Positions 49,903 through 61,360 of a DNA stretch of 64,000 bases are shown here, piece after piece. The position numbers and the translations under genes are program-made. Where the stretch lies: contig CDPCPM010000007.1 of assembly GCA_976551045.1 (NCBI GenBank), positions 21,576,001 to 21,640,000 on the forward strand, in the 5' to 3' direction. This DNA comes from Glaucostegus cemiculus. Taxonomy: Eukaryota. The notes under the pieces were generated by a model. That model was not told the origin of the DNA. It searched no databases and worked only from the letters and a program-made list of their open reading frames with translations. Numbering within the stretch: the first letter of the stretch is position 1; every line of letters begins with the position of its first letter.

Positions 49903-52900
49903 TGGCTTCGACGGCTGGCCAACGAGACAGCCTACTCTTCCTTTGGGACCGGCTCACTGGGCGGCGTTTCCTGGTGGATATGGGGGCCGAAATCAGCGTC
50001 CTTCCCCCCTCCAACATGGATACCAGCAACGCAGTCAAAGGCCCTGAACTCACCGCTGCAAACGGCTCTACCATTCGCACCTACGGCCTGCGCACCATCC
50101 CGTTACGTTTCGGGACCAGTTCGTTTACCTGGACTTTCACTGTAGCAGCAGTATCGCAGCCACTGCTAGGGACAGATTTCCTGCGCGCCAACCGCTTGCT
50201 GGTCAATCTGAAGGGCCGGCGTTTGGTCCATGCTGAGACTTTCCAAAGCTACCAGCTCGGGAAGGCCCGGTCACCTGCCCCCCACCTTGACTCTGTTCCA
50301 CTCTCCAACAACGAGTTTGCTAAGGTTTTGGCAGAGTTTCCTTCCATTATCACCCTGCAATTCTCTGCTGCAGTCCCCAAGCACGGCGTGCAGCACTACA
50401 TCACCACACAGGGACCTCCGCTACACGCCCGTGCCCGCAGGCTCCCGCCCGACAAGCTCTGCCTCGCCAAGGAGGAGTTTCACAGGATGGAGGAGTTGGG
50501 CATCATCCGCCGTTCCGACAGCCCATGGGCATCCCCGCTCCACATGGTGCCAAAGCAGCGGGGGGCGGGAGACCCTGCGGAGACTACAGGAGGCTCAATG
50601 ATGCCACGACTGCCGACAGGTACCCTGTGCCCCACATCCAAGACTTCACAGCGAACCTCCATGGGGCGACCATTTTCTCTAGGATTGACCTGGTCCGGGG
50701 ATACCATCAGATCCCTGTTCACCCCGACGATGTGCCCAAAACAGCCCTCATCACCCCCTTTGGGCTGTTCGAGTTCCTCTGAATGCCTTTCGGCCTGAAG
50801 AACGCCGCCCAGACTTTTCAACGGCTAATGGACTCAGTGAGCAGAGGCCTCGATTTCACTTTTGTCTACCTGGATGACATCCTGGTAGCCAGCAAGTCGC
50901 GCAAGGAGCACTCAGCCCATCTCCGTCAGCTCTGCCAGCGCCTGAGCGACCACGGGTTGGTGATCAACCTGGCGAAGTGCCAGTTTGGGCTGCAGGAGAT
51001 CGACTTCTTGGGCCACAGGGTGAACCAGCATGGCGCCGCCCCGCTACCCGACAAGGTGCAGACCGTCCTCCAATTTCCCAAGCCCTACACGGTCAAGGGC
51101 CTGCAAGAATTCGTGGGAATGGTGAACTTCCACCACCGTTTTGTTCCCGCAGCAGCACGCATCATGCGGCCCTTGTTCGGACTCATGGCCGGCGAGGCCA
51201 AGGATGTTGTTTGGGACGCGGAGGCCTCGGCAGCTTTCGATCAGGCTAAGGAGGCACTGGCCAAGGCAACACTTCTGGTGCACCCAAGAGTCGACGTCCC
51301 CACAGTGCTCACTGTTGACGCTTCCGACACAGCGGTTGGTGGGGTCTTGGAACAACTCGTTGAGGGCCAGTGGAGACCACTCGCTTTTTTCAGCCAACAT
51401 TTGCGGCCGCCAGAGGTCAGGTACAGCGTTTTTGACAGGGAGCTGCTGGCTCTTTACCTGGCTGTCCGCCATTTCCGTTATTTCCTTGAGGGGAGGTACT
51501 TTACCATCTACACAGACCACAAGCCCCTCACGTTTGCCCTGGCAAAGACGTCGGACCTGTGGTCGGCTCGGCAGCAACGGCACCTCTCTTTCATTTCGGA
51601 GTTTACCACCGACATCCGCCACATCGCTGGGAAGAGCAATGTGGTCGCCGACACGCTGTCCCGCCCCCACATCCATTCAGCGACCACCCCAGCCACAGGC
51701 GTCGACTACATGGCGCTGGTGCAAGCGCAGCAGGCAGACGAGGAGATCCCAGCATACCGCACCGCGCTCTCGGGACTCAGGCTGGAAGATGTTCCTGTTG
51801 GCCCTACAGCGATCCGGCTCCTATGTGACACGTCTACTGGCAGGCCCCGGCCAGTGGTGCCAGCAGCGTGGAGACGACGGGTTTTCGACGCCCTGCATAG
51901 CCTGGCCCACCTGTCCATCAGGGCGACTATCAGGATGGTGGCAGAAAAATTCGTATGGCATGGTCTACGCAAGCAGGTGGGGCACTGGGCCAGAACCTGC
52001 GTGCACTGTCAGACGGCCAAGGTCCAGCGGCACGTGAAGGCTCCCCTCCAGCATTTTCAGCCAACGCTTGACAGGTTCCAGCACATTCACGTGGACATCG
52101 TCGGACCACTGCCAGTTTCCCAGGGCGCCAGGTACATTTTCACTGTGGTGGACCGGTTCACCAGGTGGCCAGAGGCAGTGCCGCTGGCAGACACATCCAC
52201 CGCGTCCTGTGCCAGAGTCCTCATTGCCCACTGGATTGCCCGGTTTGGCCTCCCGGCAGACATTACCTCTAACCGAGGGGCGCAGTTCACGTCTGGCTTG
52301 TGGACGGCACTGGCACAGCTCCTGGGTTTCCACCTGCATCACACCACAGCATACCACCCGCAGGCCAATGGTTTGGTGGAGCGTTTCCACCGGCACCTCA
52401 AGTCCGCCCTGATGGCTCGCCTGCAGGGACCTAACTGGACAGACGAGCTCCCCTGGGTCCTGCTGGGTATCCATACAGCCCCCAAGGAAGATTTGGGCAC
52501 CTCCTCAGCCGAGCTGGTCTACGGTTCCCCCCTCGCGGTACCGGGCGAGTTTGTACCAGGGGCTCAGGACCCAGCTGGGACCCCGGCGGAAGTGTTAGCG
52601 AAGCTGCGGGCCAAGGTGAGGACCTTGGCACCGATCCCGGCCTCCAGGCACGGCACAGCGCCTTCTTTCATTCCGAAGGACCTCCAGGGCTGTGAGTACT
52701 TTTTCATCCGCTGGGGGGCACATGGGTTGCCCCTGCAGAAGCCGTACGAGGGGCCTTTCCGGGTGGTCTGGCGCAGTGGTTCAACATATGCTATCGAGGT
52801 TGGGGGTCGTGAGCAGACTTTCACAGTGGACCGCCTGAAGCTGGCGCATCTGGACATTGCACACCCGGTAACGGTGCCTTCGCCACGCCAGCGGGGTAGG

Positions 52901-52969
52901 CCTCCCAAGCTGGGTGATCGGGTTGATGGCCCTGCGCCTCCGCTGGGCGTTTCTGGGGGGGTGGTGTAG
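49875..52969 (+). pseudogene. pol: Gypsy pol (protease, RT, RNase H, integrase), disrupted
   Basis: FLVDMGAEIS (PR), RPCGDYRRLN and YLDDIL (RT), VDASD...YTDHKPL (RH), H-H-C-C and HVDIVGP...NGLVERFH (IN). A frameshift lies near 50550 and a TGA at 50780-50782. Confidence 0.93.
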
Positions 52970-53199
52970 CGACTCACAATATCGGGGTCTGAAACGCCGT
53001 CAGCCATCGCGGGGACATGTGCGAGTTCCCGCGATAGTGCCGGAAGGCGAGACTTCTGGCGGGAGTATGACGTCACTTCCGCCGGCCATGTTTTTTGTAG
53101 TTCGGGATATGCGCGGCTTTTGGTGAGTTATTAAAAACGTGCTCGATCGAGTCTCCGTGTCCTTGTGTTCTTCTAAGTCGCACCCTGCTGGCTGCTACA
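52965..53199 (+). repeat. 3' LTR preceded by a polypurine tract (52955-52964)
   Basis: GGGGGGGTGG|TGTAGCGACTC...GCTACA|ATGC. Confidence 0.97.
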
Positions 53200-55044
53200 A
53201 TGCAGTATTTTCATTATAATTGTTTTCTAAATCCACTCATCTATTTTTCAACACAATAATATCATATTGCTGTTAATGAATGCTCCGACATGCTTTGCAC
53301 TGAGAAGGGGAAAAATGTTATGTGCCTAGCCTTTTAATTAGGATAAGCTCCTATAGTCCAATTTAAAATATTACACTGAAAATAGTGTAAAGTGAGAGTA
53401 ACAGTTCATTAATTTTGAAGTTTAGTACTTTAATCATGCTCTGCAAATGTAGGTTTCTGTTACACAGTAACAGTTGGTCTTGAACAGTATCATTACTTCT
53501 TTCTCAGGCATTGCTGCTTTAATTTTGATTAACCCAGGAGGAAAAACCTACCCTGCATGACACTGTCAGAGTTGGAAAGGGTGGCAGGAAATAAACATAG
53601 TAGGAGTCTGGGGTTCTGGGGTTCCTTGCCCTAAGTGACTTGAATGGTAGCACAGTTGGAACTTTAATGAGTGATAGATTTTGCAAGATAGCAATAGAAA
53701 AGTTTATGAAGCAAGGACAGGTGAATTGTGATTCAGATTGTCCACGATGTGATTAAAAGAAAGAGTACGTTCAAAGGACAAAATCACCCACTTCTGTTCC
53801 TATAGAATAAGACAAGAAGCAGCTCTCAAACCAATCATATTTCAATATCTGAAATTCAAGACTTGAGAACTTAGAAATTACACAATTTCTATGTATTGAT
53901 TAGCAAAATATGAAAGGTAGCAATGCATTTAAATCACAGATGAAGTAAAATTGTATCTGGATAAACATTAAGGGCAATCAATCTTAATTTCATTAATTAC
54001 TATTTAAATTTTAAAAGATGAAAATGTGCTTTTAAATGGCAATTGCATTCCTGTGATGAAATCAGAAAAATATGATTCTGAGTGCTGATGGAACGATAAT
54101 TGTATTAACATGATGAATAGATATATCAAACCTTAAATGACATTTTTGCCATCAAATATCCAGCAGGTTCTGCCATTATTTGATTAAAACTAACCATTTA
54201 TTTAATAATACTGGAACACTGTATGCTTATTGTATAGAGTATTAAACAATCAAGAATATTTTCATCAACATATATAATAAAATATGCATGCAAAGCACAA
54301 AATATGTAGATTAATACACTATTTTTCTTAATATTTGGAAATTAAACCAATTATGCAAGAACATCAAAAATGCACTTAAGCCTACTAAATCCATTTCCAA
54401 GGTGTGCTGTGTGCTACCAAGACAACTTTGGAAAAACCATGTTACTTTGATAATTTGAGAAAATTGAGAAAATATTTATATATAGTGTATTAATCAATAT
54501 ATATATACATTGATTGGCATATTCAAAATACATTGTCTTTAAAAAAATACCAAATTTACAAATGGGCAATGGTCAGGGTGAACACAAGCAACCATTATTG
54601 GACAGTTTGGTTTCACTTGAACTCTTTAAAGTGTTAATGATTACATTAGTTGATCGTCTCTTCACATAGTGAAGTGCCTGGATTAGAAAGGACAATAGTT
54701 CAATCAATGCCCTTCTTTAACAATGGAAAACAACTTTTGTCTTTAACATAAAAATATAAGATTTGCAAATGTTTACGTACCCTATGCAGTGCTTATGTAC
54801 ATTTGTTTCTAAGGCTATGTTATGTAAATTTAAGGGAGAGCTTTGATAATAGCTAGACTGCAGCACAAAACATCATACAGAGGCATTGCAATTTTATTCG
54901 CTCTAATGCTTGTGTGTGTTCTTATTCTAACAGTGTGTGGCATTAGGAACATAAGGAATTACTGAGCAATGGTTTAGTTAGAAAGAGTTTACTAAATATG
55001 ATCATCTGTTTTGGGAGATATCCAACTAAACCATGCATGAGCAT

Positions 55045-55380
55045 GGGTGACAATGTGGTGCAGCAGTTAGTACTGCTGCCTCAGCTCCATGGTCCTGGGT
55101 TTGATACTGACCTTGGGTGCTGACTGTGTGGAGTTTGCACATCCTTCCTGTGACTCCAGTTTCCTCCACAATCAAAAAGTTGTGCTGGCAGGTTAATTGG
55201 CTTCTGTAAGTTACCCATTTGCTTAGATGAGCAGAGGAAGAATCAAGAAAGGGGAGTTGATGGGCATTTGGGGAAGAATAAAGAAGCAGGGGTGCAGGGA
55301 AATAATAAAAGTGGGTAATGGGACTGATGGGGTTGTTCTGCTGAGAGCCAGCATGGATTGAATGGTCTCCTATGATATAA
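55045..55380 (+). mobile_element. Old tRNA-derived SINE
   Basis: Degenerate A/B boxes (gtggtgcagcagtt / gggtttgatact), a central gtggagtttgcac domain, and a CR1-like tail (gaatggtctcct). Confidence 0.6.
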
Positions 55381-55855
55381 TAAGCAATCAGTGAGCCCAT
55401 AAGTCATACATATAAGCAACATATTTGCATTAACACAGCTTCCCCATTTTGAAAGCTGTGATTCACTTACTCCATATTATTTACAGATTTAACCTATTTC
55501 CAAATCTTTTGAGTTACTTTGACCTTCTCAAAAAAACATGTGTCATTATCATTGCATTCACTTCATGACTTTAGAAAAGTGTTACTTTTTGTTCAATAGA
55601 ATCAGGTGCTGTTTCCAACCCAGTCTCCACTGGATCAACATCTGAAATGCACTCATAATCTCTTTTCTTTTACATCTCCTGCACAACCCAAGTAATTAGC
55701 TACATGTAAACTTCCAGTTTTATTTCCTTTTCTCCCAAGATAATTCTTTGTTTAACCATCACTCCAACTAACCATCTCTAAACGTTAGACTTGTCAGGTG
55801 GTGTTAACACACAAACTCTACCATGCTGTTTGAAGTGTTTCTCTCTATGACTCTA

Positions 55856-57422
55856 TGTGGACCAGCTGAAAGATGTCCTCACAGACATCTTTAACATCTC
55901 CTTGCAGCAGGCTGTTGCCCCAAAGTGCCTCAAATCTGCCACCATTATACCTGTACCTAAGAAGTACCCTGCACCTGGTCTGAATAACTACCGTCCCATA
56001 GCTCTAACACCCATTATTATGAAGTGTTTTGAGAGGCTAGTCATGAGGCACATCAGATCTATCCTTCCCCCAACAATGGATCCCCACCACTATGTATATC
56101 GGGCAAACAGGTCTACAGATGATGCAGTATCCTCTGCCCTGCATTCAGCACTATCTCACTTGGAAAAGAAAGATACATATGTCAGACTACTGTTCGTTGA
56201 CTTCAGCTCCACATTCAATACCATCATCCCACAACAGAAGATCGGGAAGTTGAGCACACTGGGCTTTAATGCACCTCTCTGCAACTGGATACTGGACTTT
56301 CTCACTTGCAGGCCGCAGTCAGTCAAAATAGGAGAAAAATCCTCGAGCACCATCACACTGAGCACTGGCTCTCCTCAGGGCTGTGTGCTCAGCCTACTCC
56401 TGTTCACCTTGCTGACCCACGACTGCGTGGCCAGATCCAGCTCCAACCACATTGTTAAATTCGCTGACGACACGACAGTGGTGGGTCTCGTCACGAACAA
56501 CGATGAAACAAACTACAGAGAAGAGGTGAAGCAACTGGCCATGTGGTGCAGCAACAACAACCCCTCCCTGAATGTGGAAAAAAACAAGGAGATGGTAGTG
56601 GATTTCAGGAAAGGTCACCGTGTGCACGCCCCGCTGACCATCAATGGGTCTGCAGTGGAACAAGTCAGCAGCACCAAGTTCCTGGGGGTGCACATTGCTG
56701 ATGACCTGACCTGGTCCATTAACACTTCAGCCCTCACTAAGAAAGCCCAGAAATGCCTCTACTTCCTGCAGAGATTAAGGAAAGTGAACTCCCATCCTTC
56801 TATTATGAAAACTTTTTATAGAGGGACCATTGAGAGTATCCTGACACACTGCATCACCATCTGGTATGGGAGCTGTTCAGCTGCTGGATGGAGGCCCCTG
56901 CAGAGAATAGTGAGAGGGGCAGAGAAGATCATAGGTGTCTCTCTACCCTCTACTGCAGATATATAGATGGACCGATGTATCAGAAAGGCCACAAACATAA
57001 TGTCAGACCCTTCTCACCCCTCCTACCACCTCTTTACACTCTTGCCATCTGGAAGAAGGCTCCAGTGCATCCGGGCAAGGACTACCAGACTGTGCAATAG
57101 CTTTTTCCCACAAGCTATCAAAACCATGAACTCCCTCATCCCCCTATCCCTCCCGCCAACACCAAAGGATGCTAGGCGTACAAAAATGCACCTGAACTTT
57201 AAATGTCCATTGTCTGCTGCCTCAGTATGCTCACTTTAAGATTGTTTATTCAAGTCGCTATTTAATTTTGTGGTTCCAACGTTGTTAATGTCTTTCTGTC
57301 CTTGTGTCACTCTTTTTTTTTTAATATGATGAGCACCTTGATATGTGGAGTACAGTATTTCACTCCTATGCATGCTGAATGTGTATATGGAAGTGACAAT
57401 AAAACTGAATCTGATTCTGATA
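55856..57422 (+). mobile_element. Rex1/Babar LINE, 5'-truncated
   Basis: 369-aa ORF 55857..56966 plus 56967..57239, closely related to the copy at 45833-48003. Tail aataaaactgaatctgattctga. Confidence 0.93.
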
Positions 57423-57429
57423 ACGGGTG

Positions 57430-58855
57430 GAAAAATAAGAAAGAAGAGAGAAAACATGAGGCAGATGGATCTGTCTGGGTGGGGAAAGGAGAGCGAAGGG
57501 TAGAAACAGAGACTAGTAGATGATAGGTTGAGCCAGATAAGGGAGGGAAGATATGAACAAGGTGAGGGAGGGGATAGGAAAGGTGAGCCAAGGGAGAAGA
57601 AACTCAGTGAGATAGCTTCATGGGTGATTGGCAGATGGAACCAGATGGGTAATGAATGCAGGAAATGAGAGGTGGGGGGAAGAAATGGAGAAGGTGAACA
57701 AGGAGAGAGAGACCCTTGGTGGACTAGTAGGAATGGGAAGGGAACACAGAGGGAGTGGGATACCTGAAATTGGAAAATACTATGTTCATACTATTGGGCT
57801 GTAGGCTACCCAAAAGGAATATGAGGTGTTGTTCTTCTAGTTTGCATTTGGCCTCACCGTGGCTGTGGAGAAGGCCAAGGACAGAAAGGTTGGTGTGGCA
57901 AAGGGAATGAGACATGCAAGACATGCAAGAAGCTTAAGATAGCCATTGAGGACAGAGTACGGGTGCTCTGCAAAACTGTCACCAATGTCTATGCTTGACT
58001 TCGCCAATGTAGAGGATGCCATATTGCAAGGACTGAAGGCAGTAGACCAGGTTGGAGGAGGTGCACATGAATCTCCGCCTCACCTGGAAGGTCTGCTTAG
58101 GATCACAAGATCACAAGATCACAAGACAATGGAGCAGAAGCAGGCCAGTCGGCCCATCGAGTCTGCTCCAAAGGGAAGGGAAGGGGGGGGGGAGAATGCA
58201 TGGAGGTTAGAGAAGAGGTGTCAGGACAAGTGTTGCACCTCTTATGGTTGACTGGAGACAAGGAGGGGTGGATAGGAAGGGACGAGTAGACTAGGGAGTC
58301 ACTGAGAGAGTGTTCCCTGTGGAAAGAAGAAAGGGGGATGGGGGAGAGATGAAGGCGTGGGTGGTGGCAGAATCCTGTTGGAGCTGGCAGAAATGGCAAA
58401 GAATGATATGGTTTATTTTTCTATGTTTTTATGGAAGATGAGAAAGGCATCTATTGTAACCTACGGACTCCCATGGATACTCGACCACACCTATACCCAT
58501 CCTGTGTCCTGTAGGGATGCCATCCCCTTCGCATTTTCTCTCCATCTCCTACTGGGGTGAAAGGTAAGGACCAGGGAACTCTATCTCTGTTCTATCTGGA
58601 GAGAGGGTAAGTTAAGAATAGACCTGTAGGAAATCAGGAAATGGACAAAATGTATTTGAGGGCTCCACCTTCTATGGCAGAGAGAATGCCACATTTCCTG
58701 ATGAAGGAGGACATGTCAGAAGTCCGAGAGTGGAAGGCCTCATCTTGAGAAGAAACGTGGTGGAGATGGAGAGAAAATGCGAAGGGGATGGCATCCCTAC
58801 AGGACACAGGATGGGTATAGGTGTGGTTGAGTATCCACGGGAGTCCGTAGGTTTC
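57430..58855 (-). mobile_element. Penelope-like element remnant
   Basis: LGLLHSHGEAKCKLEEQHLIFLLGSLQPNSMNIVFSNFR (GIY-YIG C-terminus), GDSFAEH, and KPTDSRGY (RT thumb region). Confidence 0.8.
58101..58192 (-). mobile_element. Extreme 3' stub of the young CR1 family, inserted in the Penelope remnant
   Basis: (gatcacaa)3...ggagcagaagcaggcc...cccatcgagtctgctccaaagggaaggga is near-identical to 27111-27190. Confidence 0.85.
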
Positions 58856-59841
58856 TCATCTTCCATAAAAACATAGAAAAATAGAAAGCATAACATGACA
58901 TAATACATCATGCAGTTTTGCAAAAACATTGTGACACAATGTGCCACACTGGACTTCTGTGCAAATAAAAAAACATCTCGTTATGCCAGGCATAGTTCTT
59001 GAATTAATTTGTTGTGACTGACATATTCCGTTAATGTAACCCTCTTTTTTGCTTATTTCCCTCATTATCTCGTATTTTTAAGGCTATTTAAAATTATTGT
59101 TCTTGTGGAAGTTCTGGAAGGCAAGTAAGCCTTTGTTAGTTAATTATTTTTATACTTACTACTAGAAAAAAATATTAGACAAGGTTTCCTCCTCATTCCC
59201 AAAGAGGACTGGATCTTTCTATAGATTTCCTGAAAAGTGCTGTGTCACTTTAATTCCTGCATGATAAGAGTAAGGGAAAAACATGAGTTGCTCAGGGACT
59301 CTGTGAACCAGATAGGTTCCAGTTTAGAATGTTTTTGTCCCATTTGAGTATTTCTACAGAACCTCTGTGAATGGAATCATGAGGCAGAGTTCATGTTGTG
59401 ACAGGTTTTGCATTATTTGGGGAAGAAGTGAAATTCATGGGTTGACAGTAAATTTTAGGAGACATGTATCATATTTTTTGAATGTTTAGATGAATAAAAA
59501 TGTCACTCAAAAGAAATAATGAAATTATGCTATCTGTGCAACAGAAGGAAATATTGGAAGGATTAATAGAAAAGGACAAAAGGAGACCAGTAGAAGAACC
59601 AACATAAAAGATAGTAAAGGTTCTTTAATCACATCAAAAGAGACAGGGTATTAAATATGAAGAGAGTTACTTTTATAGGAGTAAAAGGAATAGCAGAAAT
59701 GTATAAATTTGTGTTTGCAAAAATGGGTGAAGAATGTAGAGGGGAAAAAAACCTTCAAAAATAAATAGAAGTATAGAATCACAAAAGTTTGTAGGCAATA
59801 GAATCCATCACCTCATGACAGTTTATTCCTTGAGCAATCTA

Positions 59842-60090
59842 AAATTAAATTAAATTTACAGCATGGTAACAGGCCCTTTCGGCCCAACGTGTCCACGCCA
59901 CCCATTTTAAACCCCCAAATTAACCTACCCGTACGTCTTTTTTTTAGAATGTGGGAGGAAACCGGAGCACCCAGAGGAAACCCACGCAGACACGGGAGAA
60001 CGTACAAACTCCTTACAGTCAGCGACGGGAATTGAACCCCGATTGCTGGTGCTGTAACAGCATTGTGCTAACCGCTACGCTATCGTGCCA
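59842..60090 (-). mobile_element. Young tRNA-derived SINE with CR1-like tail
   Basis: Reverse complement of 60328-60590. Confidence 0.88.
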
Positions 60091-60327
60091 ATCCCAATGC
60101 TTCCTTCTCATGCGTTCTGAAAAGTTTATTCACTGTTATAGAATGAAATATCAAAGAAGAAATGTAGGTTTAGGGTCTTAAAATATATTTTCTAGAATTT
60201 AGAATAATTGTATATATGTATATATTTCAAAGTTTAATGTTGGTACCAATGATTTCTACCTAAGGCCATTTTTTCTACTTTGAGGAGAGGAATTAGGATA
60301 ATTATTAGGATAATTAGGATATGTGGG

Positions 60328-60590
60328 TGGCACGATAGCGTAGTGGTTAGCGCAACGCTGTTACAGCACCAGCGATCGGGGTTCGATTCCCGTCGCTGAC
60401 TGTAAGGAGTTTGTACGTTCTCCTGTGTCTGCGTGGGTTTCCTCCGGGTGCTCTGGTTTCCTCCCACATTCTAAAAAAGACGTACGGGTAGGTTAATTTG
60501 GGGGTTTAAAATGGGCGGTGCGGACTCGTTGGGCCGAAAGGGCCTGTTACCACGCTGGAAGTAAAATTTAAAAAAAAATAAATTTAAAAT
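60328..60590 (+). mobile_element. Young tRNA-derived SINE with CR1-like tail
   Basis: Pol III A box TAGCGTAGTGG and B box GGTTCGATTCC. Central ggagtttgtacgttctcc domain, 3' gggccgaaagggcctgtt, AT-rich tail. Confidence 0.88.
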
Positions 60591-60721
60591 TACCACAAAC
60601 ACTTTGGTCTAAATAGGTGCTATGGACTGCCTCTGGGACCTACCAACTGTTATCCACATCTACCTTTCTTCATTTTTAGGGAGTGTTGCTACTGTGACTA
60701 CTACTGTGATTACTACTGTGA

Positions 60722-61360
60722 TAGAGTCATAGAGATGTACATCTCAGAAATGGGCCCTTTAGCCCAACTCATCCATGCTGAATGTGATGCTTATCTCTCC
60801 CAATCCCATTTGCTTGCATTAGACCTATATCCCTCTAATTCCTTTCTTATCAAGTATCTGTCAAAATGCCTTATAAGCATTATAATTGTATCAGCCTCTC
60901 CCATTTCCTCTGGCAGGTTTTACGTATAACCACCACCTTCTGAGGAAAAACTTAGCCTTCAGATCTCCTGTAAATTTCTCCCCTCTCATCTCAAACTAAT
61001 GCCAGTTTGTTTTATACTGCCTCGCCCTCGGAAAAAAATCTTTGGTTGACTATCCTATATGCCCCTCATAATTATATAAACCTCCATTAGGTCACCCCTC
61101 AGCCTTCTACATTCGAGTGAGAATAAACTCAGTCTATCTAATCTCTTCCTGTAACTACAGCCCTCAATTCCAGGCAACATCTTGGTGAAACTCTTCTGAA
61201 CTCTTTCTAATGCTACCACATTCTTCCTGTAGTTTACTGAATAGAACTGTGCACAATGCTTCAAGCTCTTCTGAACTCTTTCTAATGCTACCACATTCTT
61301 CCTGTAGTTTACTGAATAGAACTGTGCACAATGTTTCAAGTACAGCCTCACCAGTTGCAA
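60722..61360 (-). mobile_element. CR1 3' fragment with an internal 75-bp tandem duplication
   Basis: ORF 61055..61375 repeats LKHCAQFYSVNYRKNVVALERVQKS twice. atagagtcatagag tail. Confidence 0.85.

Larger units (their letters stand above)
48937..53199 (+). mobile_element. Full-length Gypsy/Ty3 LTR retrotransposon (4263 bp), defective
   Basis: Two 235-bp TG...CA LTRs and a perfect ATGC target duplication (48933-48936 / 53200-53203). PBS, G-rich PPT, and gag plus PR-RT-RH-IN order. A GC-rich island in AT-rich DNA. Confidence 0.97.

Noticed and set aside
50977-53126. Many long overlapping and antisense ORFs within pol
   Set aside because: Expected shadow ORFs in GC-rich coding DNA, with no recognisable domains.
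55470-55560. Possible PXDNL exon 2 after an acceptor-like ttacag
   Set aside because: The translation does not give the expected DLRFNxI LRR repeat. Exon 2 probably lies beyond the window.
60328-60400. tRNA gene
   Set aside because: The A/B boxes run straight into a SINE body and tail, with several related copies in the window.
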